The notes beneath the pieces were generated by a model. The model ran no database searches. It was not told the DNA's origin and worked only from the letters and a program-made list of their open reading frames with translations. From the NCBI GenBank assembly GCA_039030855.1, contig JBCCDJ010000018.1:12031-76030 (forward strand): a DNA stretch of 64,000 bases. The letters run 5' to 3'. Position numbers and translations under genes: made by a program. Position 1 is the stretch's first letter; each line of letters begins with the position of its first letter. Below, piece by piece: positions 9,661 through 17,154 of this stretch. The DNA is from Pseudomonadota bacterium. Its GTDB lineage: Bacteria > Pseudomonadota > Alphaproteobacteria > Rhodobacterales > Rhodobacteraceae.

Positions 9661-9707
9661 GTTCAACCCGCCTTTCTGGCGACGAGGTCAATCTGCGTCG
9701 ACGGCAA

Positions 9708-9722
9708 TTAATTTAAGGTTAG
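9708..9722. promoter_or_regulatory. CtrA-box-like element TTAA-N7-TTAG in the fliF/fliL divergent promoter region
   Basis: ttaa tttaagg ttag lies centrally in the 105-bp AT-richer spacer between fliF (ATG 9660) and fliL (ATG 9766). The alphaproteobacterial CtrA consensus is TTAA-N7-TTAAC. This is a single near-match found by eye. Confidence 0.3.
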
Positions 9723-9765
9723 TCGTTGGCGTCTATCCAAGAGTGACCGACAAAAACAGCGGTGG

Positions 9766-10284
9766 ATGGACATGGTTGACGTGACAGACGACATGGCGGA
9801 CGACGACAGCGCGCCCAAGAAGGGATCGCGCAAACTTCTCTTGATCGTCCTTGTGCTGAGCCTCCTGCTTGGTGGTGGTGGCTTTTTCGCCGCGTTTTCA
9901 GGGCTTGCGCCGAAACCTGGCTTCCTTGGCGGTGAGGCGGGCGATACCGCCGGCAAAACTCCCGTTGCCGCACCTGTCGATCAGGGAATCGCTTTCATGC
10001 CCCTGGGGCAGATCGTGATTCCCCTAAGCCCACGCGCGCGCGCCAAGCATCTGCTGCTGGAGGCTGAGCTGGAGGTCAACAAGGGTGATCTTTCGGCGGT
10101 AGAACAGATGCGACCGCGCATCCTCGACATGATTAACACATATCTCCGTGCAATCGATGAATCTGACCTCGATGACCCCAGCGCCGTCATCAGGCTGCGC
10201 GCACAATTGCTGCGCAGGGCCAGCGTCGTTGTCGCTCCCGCGCGCCCGCGTGATCTGCTGATCACCTCGTTTATCCTGAAATAG
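9766..10284 (+). CDS. fliL: Flagellar basal-body-associated protein FliL
   Basis: 172 aa. It has one N-terminal TM helix (LLLIVLVLSLLLGGGGFFAAF) and a FliL-type domain (FMPLGQIVIPLS, LLLEAELEV, MRPRILDMINTYLR). It is the first gene of the plus-strand flagellar operon. Confidence 0.8.
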   Translation: MDMVDVTDDMADDDSAPKKGSRKLLLIVLVLSLLLGGGGFFAAFSGLAPKPGFLGGEAGDTAGKTPVAAPVDQGIAFMPLGQIVIPLSPRARAKHLLLEAELEVNKGDLSAVEQMRPRILDMINTYLRAIDESDLDDPSAVIRLRAQLLRRASVVVAPARPRDLLITSFILK

Positions 10285-10293
10285 GAGATAGCA

Positions 10294-11016
10294 ATGGAAC
10301 TGATCTCTGACGGCCTTCTCATTCTCGCCGCTGTGACGGCATCTCTGTACTGCCTCGTTCTCTCTCGGCGTCTGCGGCGTCTGAGCCAGATGGATGGCGG
10401 GCTTGGCCAGATGATCGGCCAGCTATCGGCCCAAGTCGACGAAATGCAGGCGGCTCTTGGTGCCATGAAAAAAACGACCGAAGCATCCGCTGTTAGCCTG
10501 ACCAAACAGACGCGGGAAGCGGATGGCACGTTGCATGACATGCGGCTCATGGCGCGGAAGACGACGGACGCCGCGAGCGAGGCAAAGGCCCAGCGGACCC
10601 TGCTCGCCACTGTCATGGCGGATTGCGCAGATATGATTGCGGAACTCGCGAGCCAGAAAAACATCAACAATTTTATTGGCCCGCAGCTACCGGCAGCGCT
10701 GCCCGGAGAGCCGGTCGCAAATATAGCTACAGAGACTGCAATTGACCTTTCATCGGCGCAGGATCGCGAGACATCGCCATTTTCGACAACTGCCACAGAG
10801 CCTGCAACCTCATCTCCGCCCACCGACCGCTCTGGCGACGCAGTCACCGAAAAGGCGGCGAAGCCGCCGCAGATCGCAAAACGCAATCTGGAGGTCCCGG
10901 AAGCTGTTGGTGCCGTGCTCGCTGCCGGGCGTACCGAAGATGATGAAGCATTCGCACGCCGTCTGATCGACGCGCTGGCAGCTACCGAGCCCGACTTTGG
11001 CGGAGCGCCTGCATGA
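10294..11016 (+). CDS. Hypothetical membrane-anchored coiled-coil protein in the flagellar operon
   Basis: 240 aa. AGGAG lies 6 nt upstream of the ATG. The gene starts 9 nt after the fliL stop, and its own stop is overlapped (ATGA) by the next gene. It has an N-terminal TM helix (LLILAAVTASLYCLVL), a charged helical segment, and a Pro/Ala/Thr/Ser-rich tail. I recognise no family. Confidence 0.6.
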   Translation: MELISDGLLILAAVTASLYCLVLSRRLRRLSQMDGGLGQMIGQLSAQVDEMQAALGAMKKTTEASAVSLTKQTREADGTLHDMRLMARKTTDAASEAKAQRTLLATVMADCADMIAELASQKNINNFIGPQLPAALPGEPVANIATETAIDLSSAQDRETSPFSTTATEPATSSPPTDRSGDAVTEKAAKPPQIAKRNLEVPEAVGAVLAAGRTEDDEAFARRLIDALAATEPDFGGAPA

Positions 11017-11600
11017 AATCCCATCGGCGAAATCGCAAACCGCCCGCGATGGCGTTGCTGGCTGCGCTCTTCATGTCCTCGGCAGTCATCCGGGCGATCG
11101 ACCCCGCGATCGCGTTGGCTGTCGAGGTGCCCGGTCTGGCCGAGGGTGATGCCCGTGTCGAGGAAGCGAGGGTAGCCGATGAATTCAGTTATTCCGATCT
11201 GGATGGACTGCTGAAGACGATCCGTCAGCGCGAAGCGCAGCTGAATGAGCGCGATGCCAAAGTGGCAGAAAAAGAGAACCTGATGCGTGCTGCGGAGCAG
11301 AAATTGAGAGATCAGCTGGCCCGCCTCGAGGAGGCGGAAAGCAGGCTGGGATCGCTGCTGAGGCTGGCCGACCAGGCGGCTGACAAGGATGTCGACAAGC
11401 TGGTCACTACATTTCAGAGCATGGACGACAAGAAGGCCGGCCCCATTTTCGAGAATATGGACGTCCCGTTTGCGGCGGGTCTGATTTCTCGTATGGACGG
11501 TGTTGCCGCAGCCAATATCCTTTCTGTTCTGACCCCCGCCAAGGCCTATGCAATCACCGTGCATATTGCGGGCCAGAACGCGCAGGTTCCGCGCGAATGA
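11013..11600 (+). CDS. MotE/FlbB-like flagellar protein (MgtE_N-like C-terminal region)
   Basis: 195 aa. It has an N-terminal signal/TM segment and a coiled coil (REAQLNERDAKVAEKENLMRAAEQKLRDQLARLEEAESRL). The C-terminal block is VTTFQSMDDKKAGPIFENMDVPFAAGLISRMDGVAAANILSVLTPAKAYAI, as in MotE/FlbB-type proteins. Confidence 0.55.
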   Translation: MKSHRRNRKPPAMALLAALFMSSAVIRAIDPAIALAVEVPGLAEGDARVEEARVADEFSYSDLDGLLKTIRQREAQLNERDAKVAEKENLMRAAEQKLRDQLARLEEAESRLGSLLRLADQAADKDVDKLVTTFQSMDDKKAGPIFENMDVPFAAGLISRMDGVAAANILSVLTPAKAYAITVHIAGQNAQVPRE

Positions 11601-11675
11601 TTGCCATTTAGCGGATCTGTCTTCGCTGTTTGTTAAGAGGCAGCCCCCTACAAACATCTCATGTTCAGAAGAGCA

Positions 11676-11696
11676 AGGCGAAGCTGGTCTTCGCCT
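11676..11696 (+). other. 8-bp perfect stem-loop immediately upstream of the motA ribosome-binding site
   Basis: aggcgaag ctggt cttcgcct (arms 11676-11683 and 11689-11696). The motA SD AGGAGG is at 11704-11709 and the ATG at 11714. No U-tract follows, so this is not a classical terminator. Confidence 0.4.
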
Positions 11697-11713
11697 ACTA
11701 TCCAGGAGGCGAC

Positions 11714-12580
11714 ATGGTCGGGATCATAGGCATTCTCATCACTTTCGTGATGGTCTTCGGGGGGTATCTCATCGCCGGCGGCAAGATGAAAATCATCCTC
11801 GGCTCTCTCCCTTACGAGATGATGATGATCGGCGGTGCAGCCTGTGGTGCTTTCATCCTTGGCAACAGCATCCCTGAGATCAAACACACGCTCAAGGACC
11901 TCGGCAAGGTCTTCAAGGGACCAAGATGGAAGGACGAGGATTACCGCGATCTTCTGTGCCTCCTGTTCTCCTTGATCCGCATCGGTCGCGCCAATCCGAT
12001 GGATATCGAGACACATATCGAGGATCCGGAGAACAGCCCGGTTTTCCAGAACTACCCGAAGATACTGAATGATCGCATGACGGTCGACCTGATCTGCGAC
12101 ACGATCAGGGCAGGTTCGATGAACTATGACGATCCGCACCAGGTGGAGGAAATTCTCGAAAAGCGGATCGAGGCTGCCCTGCACCACAACTTGCATTCCA
12201 GCCATGCCTTGCAGACGATGGCGGACGGCTTGCCAGCGCTCGGGATCGTCGCGGCGGTCTTGGGTGTGATCAAGACAATGGGCTCCATTGATCAGCCTCC
12301 CGAAGTTCTCGGCAAACTGATCGGCGGCGCGCTTGTCGGAACCTTTCTGGGCGTCTTCCTTGCCTACGGTATTGTCGGCCCATTTGCCAACAAGGTGAAG
12401 GCTGTCATCGAGCAGGATCACAAGTTCTATTGGCTGATCCGCGAAGTGCTTGTTGCGAATCTGCATAATCACTCGCCGGATCTCTGCGTCGAAGTCGGAC
12501 GGCAGAATGCGCCGGGTGATATGCGCCCCAGCTTCAGCGAGCTCAGCGATGCATTGCAGGCCGTAAAGGCAACAGCATGA
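11714..12580 (+). CDS. motA: Flagellar stator protein MotA
   Basis: 288 aa from ATG 11714, preceded by AGGAGG. It has the MotA/TolQ/ExbB pattern (MVGIIGILITFVMVFGGYLIAGGKMKII; LPALGIVAAVLGVIKTMGSI; GALVGTFLGVFLAYGIVGP). The ORF-track start at 11630 was rejected. Confidence 0.9.
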   Translation: MVGIIGILITFVMVFGGYLIAGGKMKIILGSLPYEMMMIGGAACGAFILGNSIPEIKHTLKDLGKVFKGPRWKDEDYRDLLCLLFSLIRIGRANPMDIETHIEDPENSPVFQNYPKILNDRMTVDLICDTIRAGSMNYDDPHQVEEILEKRIEAALHHNLHSSHALQTMADGLPALGIVAAVLGVIKTMGSIDQPPEVLGKLIGGALVGTFLGVFLAYGIVGPFANKVKAVIEQDHKFYWLIREVLVANLHNHSPDLCVEVGRQNAPGDMRPSFSELSDALQAVKATA

Positions 12581-15138
12581 TCTGGACACGTGGCATATGG
12601 GCGAGCGCGGCGCCGGCACTCATCTTTACTGCTTGGTCAGTGTCGGCTGCGGACCTCAATGTGCAGGCTTCAGATATCCGAGGTGGCAGCCGGGTGGATA
12701 TTGCGCTCGGCGCAACACCGTTCTCCGTTTCATCCGCAGGCAGCCGCGCTATCGATGTCATTGCGCCGGACCGGTCTGTGGGATTTGACATCGGTCAGAT
12801 CACGCGTGGGCAGTTTGCCTCTCGCATCGAGACTGCGCGCGTTTCGCAAACCGATGAGGGTACAAGGCTTCGCCTGCTTCTCAATTGCGAATGCAGCTAC
12901 GCCACTCTCGTGACGAACGGAACACTGTCGATCGAAATCAGGGACCCGGGACCAGGCGACGCGCAAACAGACCTGACCGAAGAGATCGTTCAACGGACAG
13001 ATGCAGCATCTCGGCGCTTTCGCTCTGCATTTGCGCCGGGGCGGGCACCTGCTCCGCGCGCGCGCCAAACAGCGATCGCCGATCTCGGACTTCAGACTGG
13101 TGCCGAGGGTGATACGAATGGCGCGTCGCCGGTAGCGCAGATCGGCACGCCGTTTGGTGAGCAGGACCGCGACGGTACCCGCGGCGCGAGGGCCGAGGAA
13201 ATCCGACTGGCGCGGCTGCGACTGGTGGAGCAACTCGCCAAAGCGGCAGAGCAGGGGCTGCTCGATTTCGCGACGGCTGAAAGCGCGGAGCTTTTCGCGC
13301 AAACCACGCCGACCGAATTCCCCCCCGACGAAATCAATGAAGAGCCGGTTGACCAGCCCATCGCAGAGGCGGCTCCGAGACCGCCCGCGCGCAAGACACT
13401 GGTCGTCGAGCCTGATCCCGAGCGTCTCGTTCCCGGTGATGAGACACTGCTCGTCGAGCTTCCGCTTCGTGCGCGGACCGCCCGTGATCGGGTGTTCCGC
13501 CGTGACCGGCTGGAGACACTGATCCCGTCGCATGAATGCATCGACGATCATCAGTTCACCCTTTTGCGGCTGGACAACGACAGGGGCTTCGCCGACCTTG
13601 TGACTGATCATGGCGGCCAGTTGATCAGTCGCTTCGATGAGCCCGACCCCGCCGCAGTAGAGAAACTGGCGCGCCTCTATCTCAGTTTCGGCTTTGGTGT
13701 GGAGGCCAGGCAACTACTCGATACGCTGGGCGACAATGTCGAGAATCGCGCACTTCTTTCTGACATTGCGATGATCATCGAAAATGAAACACCATCCGTT
13801 ACCGGGCCAATCGCACGAAATGGTCACTGTTCGGCGCTGGCGCTGCTCTGGTTTACCCTTGCAGGGTTTCAGATGGAGAATGGCAGCATCGAAAGGCTGA
13901 CCGCCGCTGGTCGGCAATTGATCAGCCGCGAAGAGCGCAATCGCGAGATCCTCGCCCAATTCGTCGATCAGACACCGGTTTTGCGTCGTCTTCTCGGCCC
14001 CAAGCTCATGGGTCGCGGTCTTGATGCAGGTGATATCGAACTCGCCGAGAGCGTCGACAAGATCATGCGCCGCATGGTTGATGCGAACAGCCCAAAGCTT
14101 GAACTCGCGCGCGCGCGTCTTCTCGCCGAGGGTGGAAATGTCGCATCCGCCGAAGCTGTCTACAAACGGCTTGCCCTCATGTCTGTTCCGGAGGCGCAGA
14201 AGGCGCTGCTGTTGCTTCTGGAAAGTCAGGTGGACCGGGGGGCCGCACCGTCGGTCGCTTTGGCGGATGCACTTTCTGATGCCGCACTGATCGCGCGCGG
14301 TAGTCCTTTTGAGCGGCGCCTGAAGGTTGCGGAAATCCGGGCGCGTGCCATCGCAGAAGGTTTGCAATCGGCGCTGGATCAGGTGGACCGGGCGATCAGA
14401 CGGAACCCGGCCAATCGAGCGCTCCTAGTGGATAGCGCGCATGCGGTCTTCGAGGATGCGGTTGCCGACCCTGAACAGCCGCTTCTTTTCGCGCGGGCCG
14501 TTCTTGATCAAAGCGACCTCATCTCGCCCGCGGCGGATGGTGATCTGGCCCGCAGTCGTGTGGCAGAGCAGTTGATCGCCATCGGTCTTGCGAATGCGGC
14601 ACTCGATATTCTGACCCCGGCCGCAGGACGCAAGACGGCATCGCTGCGGCAGGTTGCAGCCACCGCCCATGTGGCCCTCGGTGATGGTGCATCCGCCCTG
14701 TCGGCTCTTGATGGCATCGAAAGTCCTCGGGCCTCCTCTCTGCGTACGGCTGCTTATCTGCTGGTTGACCAGCCGAACGACGCTTTGGCAGCTGCAGCGC
14801 AGGATACGGAACTTGCGAGCGAAGCCCGGGCAAAGCTGGCATTGCTTGCCGGCGACTGGCGCGGTGCCTCGGAGGCGGGCAGCACAGCTGATCGGTTGCT
14901 CGCGGCCTACATGGCCGAAGCAGGAGACGCACAACAGTCGGGCGAAACATCTGGTCCATCGGCCGGCGCAGGCGCGCGTCTTGTGTCAGAGCTTGAGCGC
15001 GACGCGCCGGTTCCAACCTCCGCCATGCTGCGGCCGCCATCGGTCGGCGATGCGCTGACGCTGAATGACGCTCAGGCGGTCATGGATGCGTCCCAAACTG
15101 TACGTGATCTCGTCAAGGAGATGTTGGAAGATGGATAA
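12577..15138 (+). CDS. Large secreted hypothetical protein (AMIN-like N-domain, charged linker, helical-repeat C-region) embedded in the flagellar operon
   Basis: 853 aa. The ATG overlaps the motA stop (ATGA). Its stop overlaps the flgF start by 8 nt. It has a signal-peptide-like N-terminus (MIWTRGIWASAAPALIFTAWSVSA). Domain assignments are from pattern only, not from an HMM. Confidence 0.75.
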   Translation: MIWTRGIWASAAPALIFTAWSVSAADLNVQASDIRGGSRVDIALGATPFSVSSAGSRAIDVIAPDRSVGFDIGQITRGQFASRIETARVSQTDEGTRLRLLLNCECSYATLVTNGTLSIEIRDPGPGDAQTDLTEEIVQRTDAASRRFRSAFAPGRAPAPRARQTAIADLGLQTGAEGDTNGASPVAQIGTPFGEQDRDGTRGARAEEIRLARLRLVEQLAKAAEQGLLDFATAESAELFAQTTPTEFPPDEINEEPVDQPIAEAAPRPPARKTLVVEPDPERLVPGDETLLVELPLRARTARDRVFRRDRLETLIPSHECIDDHQFTLLRLDNDRGFADLVTDHGGQLISRFDEPDPAAVEKLARLYLSFGFGVEARQLLDTLGDNVENRALLSDIAMIIENETPSVTGPIARNGHCSALALLWFTLAGFQMENGSIERLTAAGRQLISREERNREILAQFVDQTPVLRRLLGPKLMGRGLDAGDIELAESVDKIMRRMVDANSPKLELARARLLAEGGNVASAEAVYKRLALMSVPEAQKALLLLLESQVDRGAAPSVALADALSDAALIARGSPFERRLKVAEIRARAIAEGLQSALDQVDRAIRRNPANRALLVDSAHAVFEDAVADPEQPLLFARAVLDQSDLISPAADGDLARSRVAEQLIAIGLANAALDILTPAAGRKTASLRQVAATAHVALGDGASALSALDGIESPRASSLRTAAYLLVDQPNDALAAAAQDTELASEARAKLALLAGDWRGASEAGSTADRLLAAYMAEAGDAQQSGETSGPSAGAGARLVSELERDAPVPTSAMLRPPSVGDALTLNDAQAVMDASQTVRDLVKEMLEDG

Positions 15139-15853
15139 TGCAGGTTATGTCGCGCTGTCGCGTCAGGTGGGCCTGGCCAAGGACATGCGCATCATCGCGA
15201 ACAACATCGCCAACATGTCCAGCGACGGATTTCGGCGAGAGAGCGCGGTCTTCACGGAGATCGTTGACAATCTCGGTGTGGCTGGTGGCTCCCTGTCTCA
15301 GACCGCATCACGGGTTCGCACAACCGACTTCTCACTGGGCGGGCTTAGGTCAACGGGCGGTGAGTTCGACTTTGCCATTGAGGGAGAAGGCTTCTTTCGC
15401 ATTGAAACCGCCGAAGGTGAGGCGCTGACACGAAACGGCAGCTTCGCTCGCTCGGCCGATGGCGAACTGGTGACCGCATCGGGTCGTCGGGTCCTCGGTG
15501 CCGGCGGTGTTCCTCTTTTCTTTCCCGCAGATGCAACAGCGATCAATGTCGGTGCCGACGGGATCATCTCCGCGGACGGTCAGCCTGTCGGTCAGCTTGA
15601 AATCGTGACCGTGGAAGACCTTTCGGACCTGCGCCGTCGCGAAGATGGCCTTTTTGAGACCGATCAGCCATCGATCCCGGCGATCGAAGCTTCGCTTCGC
15701 CACGGTTTCGTCGAGCGCAGCAATGTCGATCCGGTGCGGGAAATGACCCGCATGATCGAGGTCCAGCGCGCTTATGAAATGGGACAGTCGTTCCTCGAAA
15801 CCGAAGATGAACGGATCCGGCAGGCCGTGCGGATCATGGGTGCGGGCTCATGA
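15131..15853 (+). CDS. flgF: Flagellar basal-body rod protein FlgF
   Basis: 240 aa from ATG 15131. It has the rod-protein termini MDNAGYVALSRQVGLAKDMRIIANNIANMSSDGFRRE and VERSNVDPVREMTRMIEVQRAYEM. The track start at 15065 was rejected. Confidence 0.85.
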   Translation: MDNAGYVALSRQVGLAKDMRIIANNIANMSSDGFRRESAVFTEIVDNLGVAGGSLSQTASRVRTTDFSLGGLRSTGGEFDFAIEGEGFFRIETAEGEALTRNGSFARSADGELVTASGRRVLGAGGVPLFFPADATAINVGADGIISADGQPVGQLEIVTVEDLSDLRRREDGLFETDQPSIPAIEASLRHGFVERSNVDPVREMTRMIEVQRAYEMGQSFLETEDERIRQAVRIMGAGS

Positions 15854-15910
15854 TTTTGGCTAGTGAAACAAACACCCACCCCAGCAGGCAACCCAGGTAA
15901 GGAGAGCAGA

Positions 15911-16696
15911 ATGCGCGCCTTGGACATCGCAGCAACAGGTATGGAAGCCCAGCAGACAAGGGTGGAAACCATTTCGAACAACCTCGCGAACATGAGCACG
16001 ACTGCATATAATCCGCGTCGGGCCGAATTTGCGGATCTGCACTATCAACAGGCCCGATCACCAGGGGCCGTGAACGCGGCCAACGGTTCTCTGCTTCCTG
16101 CCGGCGTGCAGCTTGGCCTTGGTGTCCGCACCGCCGCCGTATCAATGGAGGTAACGCAGGGTGCCTTGCGGCAAACGAGCGGAGAGCTTGATGTCGCGAT
16201 CGAGGGCGACGGCTACCTCGAAATTGAGTTGCCGTCAGGGATCGCGGCCTATACGCGCGATGGTCAGCTCAAGAGGACCGGCGACGGGCTCATCGTCACG
16301 TCCGAGGGCTATCCTGTGGTGCCGAATATCACGATCCCCGAGGATGCTGTGTCGGTGACGATCAATGCCGACGGTGATGTCGTTGCCAGCTTCAATGACC
16401 AGATTAACACTGAGATCCTGGGCCGACTCACCCTTGCCGATTTCGTCAATGACAAGGGTCTTCAGGCGCTTGGCGGCAATCTGTTTCGTGAGACTGCGGC
16501 GTCCGGCCCACCCGCGATCGGCGATCCGGGTGTCGACGGTCGTGGCACGTTGCGGCAGGGCTTTCTCGAGGAAAGTGGTGTTGATCCGGTGCGCGAAATC
16601 ACTGAACTGATCGAAGCGCAGCGCGGCTACGAGATGAATGCCAAGGTGATCACCGCTGCTGACCAGATGCTTGGCGCGACGGTGCAGATCCGATGA
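15911..16696 (+). CDS. flgG: Flagellar distal rod protein FlgG
   Basis: 261 aa from ATG 15911, with GGAGAG upstream. Diagnostic blocks are MRALDIAATGMEAQQTRVETISNNLANMSTTAYNPRR and LEESGVDPVREITELIEAQRGYEMNAKVITAADQML. Confidence 0.9.
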   Translation: MRALDIAATGMEAQQTRVETISNNLANMSTTAYNPRRAEFADLHYQQARSPGAVNAANGSLLPAGVQLGLGVRTAAVSMEVTQGALRQTSGELDVAIEGDGYLEIELPSGIAAYTRDGQLKRTGDGLIVTSEGYPVVPNITIPEDAVSVTINADGDVVASFNDQINTEILGRLTLADFVNDKGLQALGGNLFRETAASGPPAIGDPGVDGRGTLRQGFLEESGVDPVREITELIEAQRGYEMNAKVITAADQMLGATVQIR

Positions 16697-17154
16697 TGGT
16701 GGGACGATCGAGAACGCCGCCGTTGCGGTCTGCGATTGCCGTCTTGCCTTTGGTATTCGGCCTCTCCGCCACGAATGTAGTTGCTGAAAGCCTGGTGGCT
16801 GCGCGTGCCATCATCGGGGGCTCGGTCATCGAGGAGGTTGATCTGAGGCGGTCCAAGAAACAATATCCGGGTGCCATCTCAGATCCGCTCGACGCCATCG
16901 GTCAGGAAGCGCGTGTGACCATTCACGCCGGCCGGCCCGTCCACGTGAACAATGTCCAGGCACCTGCATTGGTCGAGCGTAATGACCGGGTGCAGATCAG
17001 TTTTACCACGAAGACGCTTTCGATCACGACTGAGGGGCGCGCTCTGGACCGTGGCAGTGTGGGCGATCGCGTGCGGGTGATGAACCTTTCATCACGCTCA
17101 ACGGTCTCCGGCGTGGTGACAAAGGATGGCCGCGTAGAGGTATCTCGGCCATGA
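16693..17154 (+). CDS. flgA: Flagellar P-ring assembly chaperone FlgA
   Basis: 153 aa with a signal peptide and a SAF/FlgA-type C-region (GQEARVTIHAGRPVHVNNVQAPALVERNDRVQISF; GSVGDRVRVMNLSSRSTVSGVV). It has ATGA overlaps with both neighbours. Confidence 0.8.
   Translation: MMVGRSRTPPLRSAIAVLPLVFGLSATNVVAESLVAARAIIGGSVIEEVDLRRSKKQYPGAISDPLDAIGQEARVTIHAGRPVHVNNVQAPALVERNDRVQISFTTKTLSITTEGRALDRGSVGDRVRVMNLSSRSTVSGVVTKDGRVEVSRP

Noticed and set aside
9981-11657. 558-aa minus-strand ORF spanning fliL, orf240 and the motE-like gene
   Set aside because: It is antisense to three plus-strand genes that have SDs, overlaps and family motifs. Its translation is Arg/Ser/Ala-rich low-complexity sequence with no recognisable domain. 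This is a typical GC-bias shadow ORF.
11630-11713. ORF-track N-terminal extensions. This example is motA. The same issue applies at 15065, 15863, 19854, 24228, 25564, 25706, 36788, 37747, 40004, 51475, 54286, 56780, 59468 and 62058.
   Set aside because: The extensions run through upstream stops or overlaps or through intergenic promoters. They lack family similarity and are followed by an internal start with an SD or a stop/start overlap that matches the family N-terminus.
12730-13713. 327-aa minus-strand ORF, plus the other ORFs overlapping the 853-aa gene
   Set aside because: They are antisense to, or out of frame with, the 853-aa gene. That gene is supported by overlap coupling to motA and flgF and by a signal peptide. 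The alternatives have no start context or motifs.
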